Assembly (NCBI GenBank): GCA_951406725.2
Contig: OX597840.1
Span: forward strand, 21,948,001 to 22,012,000
DNA length: 64,000 nt
Reading direction: 5' to 3'
Source: Octopus vulgaris
Taxonomy: Eukaryota
The position numbers and the translations under genes were made by a program. Shown here piece after piece: positions 10,356-22,412 of the stretch; position 1 is the first letter of the stretch; each line of letters starts with the position of its first letter. The notes beneath the pieces were generated by a model. That model saw nothing but the letters and a program-made list of their open reading frames with translations. It was not told the DNA's origin and did not search any database.

Positions 10356-11184
10356 CTCGTCTGTGCTATTTCCATCCCATGCTTTAATTTCCCTTTCTTC
10401 TCTTATAATGATAGATTTTCTCATTTTTTCCCTTTCTATTTCTGTATCTTTTTTTTCTCCTCTTTTCTCTCTTTTTTTTAGTTTTTCTCTTTCATTGTTT
10501 GTTTTTTTTTTACTCTCTTTCCAATCTATGTCTTCTTATGTTTATAGAATTTGTTTTTCATTAAAAAAAATATATATATGTTCTGAATATGATGAAGCAA
10601 AAATCTATCCAACATCCAAAAGAGACCCATTAAGAATATTAAAAAGTATTTTCTGCTGAAGAAACAGGCAAGAATTCCAAGACAATTTTATAGAATCGGT
10701 AAATAACAGCTTTGGAGTCTGTCTGCCTGTCTGTCTGTGCATTTGTCTTGATGTGTGTGTGTATGTTTATATGTGTATTTGTATATGCGTACATATGTGT
10801 ATGCATATGGGTATGTATGGTATGTCTCTCATCCTGATAGTCTGTATGCATGTGTGTGTATGTATGTATGTATCTATATCTGTCTATCTGATTGTCTGAC
10901 TGTCTATCTATATGTATGAATGTATGTATGTATGTGTGTATGTATCTATGTCTGGTTGTATGTCAGACTGTTTCTATTTGCTTGTCTGTGTGCATGTATG
11001 TGTATGTATATATCTATGTCTGACTGACTGGCTATATGTGTGTGTGTCTGTCTGTCTGTCTATCTATCTGCCTACATCTGTTTTGATATTGCTGATGTTG
11101 ATGTACTTGACTCAGTAGGTCTCCTCAAGCATGACTTGATCTTTTGTCGTTGCCTCTGTGAGGCCCAACGTTCGAAGGTCATGC

Positions 11185-12210
11185 TGAGCATGTGCAGAAA
11201 ATAGACTCCATCAACTGCCAGTGGGGCAAGCTAGAGGTAGTAGATAGTAGAGAGCTTCTGGTATCTGGTGACCAAGTTAGTAGTGGAGGTAGATACTCCG
11301 AGAGTGTAGCTGTGAGAATAAGATTAGGCTTGGCAAAGTTCAGAGAGCTCCTATCCCTGCTGGCAACAAAGGGCCTCTCTCTCTCAGAGTGAAAGGCAGA
11401 TTGTTTGCTGTCTGTGTGTGTGTGAACAGCTATGCTGCATGGCAGTGTAACATGGGCTTTGACAGCCGAGGACATGTGTAAGCTTGAACGAAATAAAGCC
11501 AGTATGCTCCGCTGGATATGCAATTTTAGTATGCATACATGACAGTGTAAATATCTTGAAAGAAAAGTTAGGCATAAGAGGAATCAGATGTGGTGTGCAA
11601 GGGAGAAGACTGTGATGGTATGGTCATGTGATGTATATGGACAAGGACAGTGGTGTAAAGAAGTGCCTATTTCTAACTGTGGAGGGAACCTGTGGAAGTG
11701 GTAGACCCAGGAAGACATGGGATGAGATGGTGAAGCATGATCTTTGAACTTTGGGCCTCACAGAGGCAATGACTGGTGACCGACCTTTGGCCATGTGCTG
11801 TGCCTAAGAGGACCCAGCAAGCCAAGTGCACCCATGCTGATGGCACATAAAGAACATCTTTTTAATGTTGGGCCTCACAGAGGCAAAGTAGCTGAGTTCC
11901 TTTCGAGTGTTGGGCCTCACAGAGGTAATGACCAAGACCTTTGGCATTATGTTGTGCTTGAGAAGACCCATCAAGCCGAGTAAAATCGCTGCTGTAGCAA
12001 ATACTGGTATCAAGCAAATTGACACCCATGCCAGTGGCACATAAATGCACCCCGGTGTCATGCAAATGGCACCTGTGCTGGTGGCACATAAAAGCACCCA
12101 TTCCACTCTCAGAGTGGTTGGCATTAGGAAGGGCATCCAGTTGTAGAAAACTATGCTAAATCAGATTGGAGTTGATGCAGCCTTCCAGCATGCTAGCCCA
12201 GTCAAACTGC
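11185..12210 (+). mobile_element. 5'-truncated RTE LINE (RT C-terminus and 3' UTR)
   Basis: GDQVSSGG..SESVAVRIRLGLAKFRELL..TKGLS; homologous to 56400-57400. Preceded by a short inverted piece of the same family at ~11100-11185. Confidence 0.85.
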
Positions 12211-12250
12211 ATGTCCATCTGTTCTAATTTAATTAAATTCTATGTCTTTG

Positions 12251-12336
12251 TGCAGCTGAGGGTTGCTCTGCATTTAAATTGATGTAATGATTGCATTGTT
12301 CAATTAAATGGAGTTGCTTGAAACGATCGTACTGCA
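12251..12336 (+). ncRNA. Type I hammerhead-like motif with long stem II (core variant CUGAGGG)
   Basis: Stem I TGCAG/CTGCA; GAAA-CGATCG-TA (palindromic stem III); stem II CATTTAAATTGA/TCAATTAAATG. Confidence 0.6.
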
Positions 12337-13086
12337 TTACCTCTTGATATCCTTGTTGCTTATTTTGATTTTAATCATCTCATTTTGAAATTGTATGGAT
12401 AATACTGTACTAAATTCTGGTGCCTCAACTTAGGTACTACATTCATTTGAATCTAAATTTTTACATGCATACATACATATATACATACTGTAACACACTG
12501 CCTAAATACCAATCTTGAGAAATTAGGCTTTTCAAAACCAGAAAGGAGATAGCTAGTTTGAAGACTACGAATTCAATCCATCACTGGAACTGTAAAAATC
12601 TGTAAAACTTTCCAGAAGTTTATCAATTAAATATATATGAGCATGTCTAGATATTTAACTATATGCATGAGAATACATACGTACATACAAAACATACAAA
12701 TCTGCACATATACATACCACATATATACAAAAATACTCTGTTGTTGATGTTGAAATTCCAATGAAGGAATCTTGGGTCTGGGTTAGAAACCAGTTCTTTC
12801 TCTATTGGCAAGAAATCCTGAAATAAAACTGAACGATGATATACATAGAATAAAACATACGTAAATGTACACACACAAATACATACATAAATACATGCAT
12901 GCATAAATGCATATATACATACAGGCATTCATAAAGACATACATGCAGGCATGCAAAGATACATATATGCATACCTATACACATACATGTACAAACACAT
13001 ACATACATAGTTACATATATGCATAGTTATATACATACATACACACAGAGATACCTACATACATACAAAAATGCATGTATACATAA

Positions 13087-13333
13087 CTGCCGGCATCAGT
13101 TGTTGGTTGTTGGAGCACTGCATCCTTCAAAACTTCCATGCTTCCTGAGATTCGCCAACACTACGCCTGATTTTCTCCCCTCCATACACACACAAGCATG
13201 TATCTGACTCGTACATTGTTCGCCTTCCAGACATTTCTACATTACTGCATGTACTTTATATGCACTTTCTGACAAGTTGTGGTGCACCTGAGCACTGTAT
13301 ACAATAATTTCATTATTATTATTATTATTATTA
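13087..13333 (+). mobile_element. CR1-like LINE 3' end with (ATT)n tail
   Basis: LPASVVGCWSTASFKTSML..stop, short 3' UTR, then ATTATTATT tail. Confidence 0.65.
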
Positions 13334-15279
13334 TATACACACAAATATACATTCCCTCTCTGTTCTTTGAAAAGATGCTGACAATCTACAGTTTGTTGAT
13401 TCCTTGGAAAGTCTCACATCTTCAACAATCCAGATGATTGTTTTAAGTTGAACTTAAGAGAGCAATCAGCAAAGAAAGAAAGAAAACCATTGGACTTTTA
13501 CATTTTCCAAGTGTTTATTGAAAACATTGTTTTCACACAAATAACAGAGTAATTTACTTAATTGCAAACGGATTATTTTTCTAATCATTAAATTTTCCTC
13601 GTTGTCTCTTGCAGTTATTGGGTATATACGATATTTTTAGTGTTTTTCAGAAGATATAAGGTGTTGTGTGTTGTGGGGGTAACGTGGGTTGGTGTGTAAT
13701 TGTGTGTGTGTGTATGTATATCTGTGTGTGTATGTGTGTGCATTTGTGTATGTGTCTGTATTTATGTGTGTGTATACAGATGAAAATCACACAAGCAACA
13801 ATAACAAGATTAAGAAGCAAGGAAGAGAGAAAGAAAGGAATAACAGCTGAAAGCAACGGCCTGATGAACTGGTTTCCCAATCATATGGTTTTGGGTTCAG
13901 TCCCACTGCGTGGCACCTTAGGCAGTTGTCTTCTACTATAACCCTGGGTTAACCAAAGCCCTGTAGGTGGATTTTGTAGATGGAAACTGACAGAAGCCTG
14001 TTGTATACATACATTCATACAAACATACATACACATATATTTAGCAGAAGCAACACCATACATACATATATACATACATGCACACACATACATGCACACA
14101 CATACACCACATATGTATGGGTCAGCTTACCAGTCCTGGTCAAACCGTCCAACCCATACCAGCATGGACAACGGATGTTAAATAATGATGTTTTAGGGTA
14201 GGTGTGAGGGACCAGATCTGTCCTATTTGAACATAAAGCATTTAGAATATTGGGGCCAGATATTTGCTGGTTTAAATTCTAAAGGGTTGAAGCAATATTT
14301 TTTTATGATCCCCTAATATACTAGCATGGGTTCCCAATTTACTATTTTGCTTGTTTGGGCCCAAAAAATCCTATATGGACCTACAAGAGTCATACAGACC
14401 CTGGTTGAAAGCTAATGACCTAAACATATTGACACCAGCGCCACCGCACTGACTGCTTCAATCAGATCTGACATTAGTTGTTTGACTACCAAACTCTGTG
14501 TAATTGTATTTGTTTGTCTGATAAATTTATTTGTTTTTTTTCCCCCTTTAATTGTAATCCTTTCAAATGTTGTTTGAATTAACTTGAAAAATATTTTCAT
14601 TAAAGTATTTTTTGGTTTTCGTTTTTGTGTTCTTCCTCTAACTTTTGTTTATTGTTTTCGAAATTTGAATAAATTTCAAAACTGCTGATGAAAAAATAAG
14701 GATTATAATAAATGGAAGAACTCCTAAAAACAAACAAAAACAAGCAAATTTATGTGACAAGCATTCAATTTCCCAAGAATAATAATTGCGAATCCCTTTT
14801 TCTGAATGTGTCTGTGACATGAAACACCAACTAACTTCAGGTTAATGCAAAAATGGATGTAGAAGTGTGCATTTTCCTCAGGATTTCTCCATTCCATCAT
14901 AGAATAATTTTGTTTATTGATCATCTCAACTGCCTTAATGGTTGGTTGGGGGTGGGGGGAAACAGCCTTTCTTTCACAGACATAAATGTGGGAGTTGTGT
15001 TGAAAACTAGTGGGAAAAAAAAAAGACTTTATTTCTAGATGGTCGTCTGATGGTGTCAGATTACTAATTCTTCTTCAGATGGAATGATTTCAAGCAGATT
15101 CCAATGTAATTGGTTCTGTTCTTCTTTGGAAAGTTTTTGACAAATTTTTTCTGCTAAGAATGCTGCTATTCCAGCAAAAGAAGAATTTGTACTGATGTCC
15201 CTTAGAGTCCTATTGAAAGCTTTAGAAGCAATTTAATAGAACATAACAAGTTAACATGCATTTTATGGTCTTAAAATGT

Positions 15280-15490
15280 GAAAGTAAATTATCCTAAAAA
15301 GAGTGAAAGTAAATTGTTCTAAAACGTGAAAGTAAATTGTCCTTAAAAAGTAAAAACAAACCGATAGAAATTGGAAGTGACAACTGTGACATCTCAGAAT
15401 TTCATAAAAAGCAAATAAAAGGTGTTTTATGTGACACATTCTACCTGTGTCCGAAGTTTGAAAGTGTTTAGTTACAAAAAATTCATTTCT
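15280..15490. mobile_element. Partial copy of the 42.9-43.5 kb MITE arm with adjacent ~23-bp tandem repeats
   Basis: TGTTTTATGTGACACATTCTACC..GAAAGTGTTTAGTTACAAA matches 43444-43500. GTGAAAGTAAATT occurs three times. Confidence 0.6.
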
Positions 15491-15650
15491 CGATCTGCTG
15501 TTGAAAGGGAAAAGATCCCTGTTCTTTGTTTCCTTATTTCATCCAGTTGTAAGTTTATTAGGGAGGCTTTTTCTGTTTACCCCAGGGCTTCAAGAAAGAA
15601 AATTTAACTCACAGAACGAGAATATAGACACGCACACCATATAATAACAT

Positions 15651-15693
<43 letters not shown>

Positions 15694-16294
15694 TAAATAC
15701 ACATATATACATACACACATACATCACATAACACACACATATATACATACACACATCACATACCAATGCAGACACACACAAAAGCATACATCTTGCCACA
15801 CTCACACGAACCTACAACCCTTCGTACCATACGCACACGCATGCACATACCAGCATACACATACGCACGCATACACATACCAGCAGACACATACGCAACT
15901 GGCAGAATACAGATATAAACTTGCAAAAAAGGAAAATAATTCTATATGAACACATTAAAGTGTTGATATATTTTTGTATATAAACACATTAAACATATCA
16001 TTATGAATGGTGGATGAGGGTCGGTGGGAGGGGGGTCAACAAAGTCGAACAATTTTGTTTGATCTTTCACTGCTATTGGTCTTTTTCATTGCACTTTTCT
16101 CTCTCTCTTTCTCTCCACTCTGTCTCTGTTTGTCTCTCTGTCTGTCTCTCACCTCTCTCTCTCTCTGATGTCAACAATTTATTCAGCCAAGACTGAATCG
16201 TATACTCACACTCACTCATACACACCCACAATTACAAATGCATACATACACACACACATCCTCCCCCCATAAATATATATATATATATTATAAA

Positions 16295-17059
16295 TATAAA
16301 AAATGGAACAAAAACGCAATAGAGGACAATGACATTCGGACAGATAGCCGATACAAAGGCGGACAGGAAAAACAACAATTACGGGGACAGGAAAAAAGGG
16401 CGGGTCATTCGTGGCTTTCTGTCATCAGTCAAGTTACCAGATGTCCTTACAGTTTTGGACAGCTACACTTGAAACTGTTCGATCTGGTTGCCCCCAGAAA
16501 AGTCTAAGCTAAGAGCATTAGACTTTTTGTAGGAAGGCTAGCGAATGTGTACGACAACAAAGACAAAAAACTGAGAATATGGTACACAATTACAAATACA
16601 AACAACGAGAATATAGCAACAGTTGTCTTTCAACTGAGGACGAATCAAAATTGAGCTGGCATGTATAAAGTGAAAGCCTTAAGGCAGGAACATAGGAGAT
16701 GGACATAAGAGGTGTTGGCAGCCAGGCCAAGAAAGAAAGATCATGGCTAGATGAACACCGGTCACGTGGAAGGAGAGAGGGTTAAGGGGCAGCGGGATTG
16801 AAGGATTAGAAAAAAATGAGACAAAGGGAAAGGTACAGGGGAGATAAACGAGAAGGAAACGTGGAAGTTAAAGAGAAGGTTAAGAAATGTGAGAGAGGGG
16901 AAGCGAAAAAGAAAGTATGAGGTAGGTACTGAAAGAGAGAGTAAAAGAATCGTCCAAAATTTAGATAGATACTTAGTTACAAGGTGAGCAAAAGTGTACG
17001 TACACCGCTATATGTATATATTAGTATAAAAATGGAACAAAAATGCAATAGAGGACAAT
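16295..17059 (-). mobile_element. Non-coding, terminally redundant repeat (Penelope pLTR or retrozyme-like)
   Basis: 35-bp direct repeat TATAAAAATGGAACAAAAAYGCAATAGAGGACAAT at 16295-16330 and 17025-17059. Contains a CTGATGA hammerhead core. Fragments of the family at 2168 and 54636. Confidence 0.65.
16411..16488 (-). ncRNA. Candidate non-circularly permuted hammerhead ribozyme (site, GAAA, CUGAUGA order)
   Basis: Minus strand ACCAGAU cga ACAGU-U^UCAAGU guagcugucc AAAA CUGU aaggac AUCUGGU a ACUUGA CUGAUGA cagaaagccac. Perfect stem I (6 bp), stem III (5 bp) and outer helix (7 bp). G12 reads A here but G in the copy at 2174. Stem II is unclear. Confidence 0.6.
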
Positions 17060-17130
17060 ATGTGTGTGTGTGGTGTATATATACATATATGCGCATATGT
17101 TTTTGTGTATGAGCACACATGAAAACGAAG

Positions 17131-17175
17131 TGTTGCTGAAGAGGTCACAGCTGTGTGACGAAAGATTTCCGGACA
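17131..17175 (+). ncRNA. Minimal type I hammerhead ribozyme, intact core
   Basis: TGTTG CTGAAGA G GTCACA-GCTG-TGTGAC GAAA GAT TTC^ CGGACA: 6-bp stem II, near-palindromic stem III, weak stem I. Confidence 0.7.
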
Positions 17176-18598
17176 ATGGACATGAGTTAAAATAAGAACA
17201 GTAATATATGAGTGAAGAACAAATATATAGCACGTGTGTTTATTTGGCAAAAAAAAAGCGACCATGTTGAATTACAACAATAGTTACGCAATGTGTTAAC
17301 TTTATCATCTCACCAATGTAGTAAAGCATTATGAGTGTAGAAATGTGTCGAAACAAGTGTAGTGAATTTAAAGAATATCGTTCAGTCCATTTTCTATCTG
17401 TCTGTCTGTCAGTAATTTAATCAATTAATTGATGAGTGTAATAATAAACATCCTTCCCTACTGTCCTTTTCTTTCATTTTTATTTTTTTAACAAATTTCT
17501 GTTGAAACACAGTCTTTTGTTTCAATTAATTTTGAAAATAATGAAAAATTCAGTGAAAGAATTTTATTACAATTATCACAATCAATGTTTTGAATATAAA
17601 TTAAGATGGAATTTTAAAGGAAGACTTAATTTTCATCACTTTAAAACAGAGTCATATCATAGAACCAAGAGCAGTCTCAGGGCTTTGGTATCAAAAGTGC
17701 TAAGAAAATAAATGATATACAATCATGGTTTCAAAAAATCTATTTTGATTTTGATGCTATATTATAAAATCTAAAACATCCGTAAATGTTGATATAATTG
17801 AATTTACTATTATGGGTAAATCTATTTTGATTTAACTAAGCTATTTTAGAAAAGTGTAAAATGTTTTGGCGTCGTTGATTTGATGCTGACTTATCTGACA
17901 TCAGACATTTCTCAATGTTTCTCTTATTATCTCCTCTCCATTTCTCTCTGTTTATGTATGTGAGTATATATTTCTCTTTATGTGTATGAAGAGAGGGAAA
18001 TTGTTTATGTTAATCGTAATCAATTGATAAATTGTAACGTGCCTCACTCCATCTCCCCAACTTTCTATTTCTTTGTGTATATTCCAGTGCGTGGGCATGT
18101 TTGCCTATATGACCATAAAGTACGATCACCAAAACAGGCAGAATGTCCAGTCAGCCGTACCAAATTGTCAGTACCCATGCAACTGCGCCCAATTATTTCA
18201 TTCTGATTTTCAAATTACGTGTAGTTGAATCGGAGAGTTTTAGTATATTTCCATAAAAGCATTTATGATATTTGAAGTGAAGGGGCAAATGCTTATTAAG
18301 AAAAATATCATTGGAGTAGCTATGTCTAAATTATGAAGGAAAATTCACTAACATATAATTCTGTATCTAATTCTAGCATTCCAAAGGCTATTACGTGAAA
18401 TGCTGGATATTTCAGCTTTCGATCCATTCACAATTAATATCTCATTACAATATGACGATGAGGCATTAAAAATATGTTAATTAGTGGAAATACTGGAAAG
18501 TATCACTGATATTTCTTAATTAAATTTTTGGTGATAATTATATTCTTAATTACGTATTTGGCAATAATTCTATGATGGTTAGACTATCATTTATATAA

Positions 18599-18997
18599 TC
18601 TCTATATATATAAAGCTGAAGTTGTCTGTGTATGGTAGGTTTTGTAGCCTTCACCTAACACTATCTCCTCCGAGACCCTGCAGCGCAAGTTGACCAAAAT
18701 TGAGAGTATGATAGTAGAAGGCTTGCTCTTCTTTTCATAGAAAAAAACCCCCTCAAATCTGACCATGTTAACACCAAAAATTATTTACATCAAAAAGGTG
18801 CTTTTTTTTCTATGAAAAATCCCTATTTTTTAAAGATTTTTTGACTGCTATGTCGCCATTTTTCAGTGTATTTCAACCAGAAAAATGTTCACTTAAAGAG
18901 AATAACAAGCTACATAATGCAAAATTTTTACTTTTCAAAAATTCCAATTCTAAAGGGTCGAAACAAACCCCGAGCAATGCCGGGCGATAACTGCTAG
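18599..18997 (+). mobile_element. Complete non-autonomous Helitron (~400 bp)
   Basis: 5' TC start (TCTCTATATATATAAAG), 3' hairpin CCCGAGC-AAT-GCCGGG ~10 nt before terminal CTAG, inserted between A and T with no TSD. Confidence 0.9.
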
Positions 18998-19705
18998 TTA
19001 TTTGATAGAGCGGGTTTATTGTTAGGATAGACCATCATTCAGAATAAGTATTACACCGAGTGAGTTCATTGTACGTTGGCCCCTAATGTATAAGGAAAAG
19101 TAAAAATTGTTGCTAATCCTAATAGTAGTTTGAGGGTTAAAATTAGTTAATATCATTTGGATGTCATCTTGAAACACCGTAACATCTTGTCTTAGTTTAT
19201 GTCGCAAGGATTCCCAATTAGACTAGTAACTTAGATCAAGTCACTAGTTCACTTACTCGTATCAAAAGGCATTCGAAATTACTTTTTTTTAATAGAAACT
19301 AGTCAACGTTAATTGCAATTTTTCTAGCTTTCTTCAGTTCTTGTATATTAATGATGGAATTTAACCGTAACTAGTAGGAAATACACAAACCTGCCATCCA
19401 AACAGGTGTCATAAATTCAGTTTTCTTTTCATTTTTACTTTCCCCATACACTCTTATTCTTTTCCCCTCCCATAGATAAGAGGCTATCGTTTAAATGATA
19501 GTTTCTCTCTCTGCTTCTTCCATTGGTCATATTTTCTTTTGATTGTTCCCATTCATTCATTTTTGCTGTTTCCTTTCATATTTCTTCGCTTTCTCAGCTT
19601 CCTATCTTCTTTGTCTGATTTCTTGTATTATTTCCCTTTGTTTCTTTCTTGTCACTCTTTGTATTTCTGATCATTATCTCTCTTTGTACACACACACACA
19701 CATAC

Positions 19706-20170
19706 GTGCGAGGTGCACTCAAAAGTATCCGGCTTTATTTTTCTCCAGCAAAACTAATGCCTCGTGGGCAAAATCCTTTGGGTGGGAGGTGATGCCACCC
19801 TTCTTGCTCATGTGTGAAAATGTCCGTGCCGGTTGGCCGCATCACTTCCTGGCTGTTACTCCTAGAGTACAGACGTGTGGTGTGCACTTGTTGAACTTGC
19901 GTTTACATACAAGCGGATCGAACAGAGATATTGCATTAAGTTTTGCCAAAAGCTTGATGATATTCAAGCTCAAAAAATGGAGAAGATTCAGCTGGCTTTT
20001 GGCGATGATGCCTTGGGCGAAACTCGGATCAAGGAGTAGTTCAGCCGCTTTAAACATCGCCACACTTCAGAGAAGGCATTCCGGATGTCCTACCTGCAGT
20101 GAAAGAATACTGGGAGAAGTGTGTGAACTCCCAAGGGGAGTATTTTGAAAGGCATTAAATAAAATTTGTG
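19706..20170 (+). mobile_element. Internally deleted mariner element
   Basis: TIR-like CGAGGTGCACTCAAAAGTATCCGG; N-terminal EQRYCIKFCQKL; C-terminal W.KCVNSQGEYFE. Confidence 0.75.
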
Positions 20171-22099
20171 AAATATACAAACCTAGCATTGGTGCTCCGG
20201 CATGGCCACAGTCAAATGACTGAAACAAGTAAAAGAATATATAAGTATGTATGCGTGTGCGCAAAAAAGTATGTATGCATATATGTATTTATATATATAT
20301 ATGCATGTGTATATATACATACATATATATATATACACACATGCATATACACAAACACACACACACACAGACGCTTTGCTGTCCAAAAGTCTGAACAATT
20401 TCTTCCTCAGTCGTCGTGTATTGGCTTGGTGCCACTTTCCATTTCGTAATTATTTCTGCAGCCATCTTCAAATGATATTTTATTACAGTCTAACCGATGT
20501 TGCTTCAAAATTGATTGTTTATTTGTTTACACTAATATAGATAATTAGAAAACTAAGAATATATAAAATTTGTATGTGGGAATAACTATGCATTTCATTA
20601 CCTCCTGTTTGAGAGTCAGTCGGCACCGAAACAAGATCAAACCACATTGAGAAACAACTGCATCATTTTTGTTTACCGCTCAAACATTGCACATTGATGT
20701 TGTAGCAGATTCGAAACCGAATCGTTGGATAGCCAAATAGATATCACGACTAAGCCACAGTAGTTTCACGCGATCGGCTGGTTAACTGACCAGTCAGTGT
20801 CAAACTGTTACGTGATTCGACTGTCTAGAACTTTATCTTTGTGCTTTATATAAAACTGCTTTTTGCGCCAAACTCTTTGCCAAGTGTTGAGAGTGGCCGA
20901 CTCATTCACACGTTTCACGCCAGTCAATTAGATCGACCCCAGTATGCAACTGGTACTTAATTTATCGACCCCAAAAGGATGAAAAGCAAAGTCGACCTCG
21001 GCAGAATTTGAACTCAGAACATAACGGCAGACGAAATACCTATTTCTTTATTACCCACAAGGGGTTAAACACAGAGAGGACAAACAAGGACAGACATAGG
21101 TATTAAGTCGATTACATCGACCCCAGTGCGTAACTGGTACTTAATTTATTGACCCTGAAAGGATGAAAGGCAAAGTCGACCTCGGCGGAATTTGAACTCA
21201 CAACGTAACGCAGACGAAATACCGCTAAGCATTTCGCCCGGCGTGCTAACGGTCTGCCTGCTCTCTGCCTTTGGTACACCCTCTAAAGGTGGAGATAATC
21301 TTAATAAACCAAGCATTGTAGATTGTATGGTATTTAATATATCTATAGTTGCCTCTGTGTTGTTTAAACACATGGCATTTTCCAGTCTGGGTTCTTTTAT
21401 CTGAGCAAGATATGAACTGAGAAAGTAAAAGCCTATCACTAAAAACTTGCGGTATTATGTTTGATGCTGTAACACTTTTACTACTGCACAATCTATCATA
21501 ACAGAGACAGGAAAGTTGTAAAAATGTCATAAAAGTTAAATTAGTAGATCACAATGATTAGATTGTCTTTGACAAGTTATCAGTAGCGATAATAATGGTC
21601 AGAATAAATTTGAATTAGGCAACAGAAGTCGCTCTGTTATGCAAACATTATCAATACTACACTTTAAAAGTACATGTGTTGTTTAAACGCCAGAAGCTGA
21701 GGTTTTTGCATCCGGGAAAAATTTCCTTTGAGGGCTTCTAATGTGCTACTTTCAGCCGCCTACAGCAGGGAGACTCTCGTATTTTAATGAAATGATTATT
21801 ATTTTGGAATGTCCACTTTAGCTTTCGATAGAGGATTAGTGGATGGAAAGTGCGACGATGTACGTGGGGAGACCTTGGGTATCGGTGAAGATCAGCTGGC
21901 CATTCTTTGGGACCAACGGATAACTTTCAAAAATCTCTGGCCTGGTAATGCTACCGGGGAGCATACGCCTGTAGTTGGAGAAAAGAGAAGGAAAAAAGGC
22001 ACCTACCCACCGAAATCAGAGTACCCATGGTTTTTATGGTTTTTTTTTTTTCATGAGCTGACCTCGAAGCCATGTATTGAGAGGAATTCTCTGGAGTTT

Positions 22100-22412
22100 C
22101 GATAATTCACCTTTGGAAACATGGGTGCTTCGTTCAACATCCTTAAACAACCCTTATTCAGGGACCTTTTGAGCAAGATGGGCTACTCGACCTGAAGAAA
22201 ATTCTAACTGGGCTCCATCTGCAAGGTCATTGCGCTGTTTACCTTGATATGATATCACCATGTCACACACACACACAGTTGTGATACATGTACCTGGTGT
22301 ACCCTTACCAGACGGGTAGTCATGATGGGTATATTGGGCTTTGTATATTTTACCCTAGTGTCACTTTGATGGCATGAACTGCTCTTTCACTCAATAATAA
22401 TGATAATAATAA
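22100..22412 (+). mobile_element. Unclassified interspersed repeat with (AAT)n tail
   Basis: Reverse complement of 38455-38745 (ACCCTTATTCAGGGACCTTTTGAGC..GATGGGCTACTC..CTGAAGAAAATTCTAACTGGG). Confidence 0.8.
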
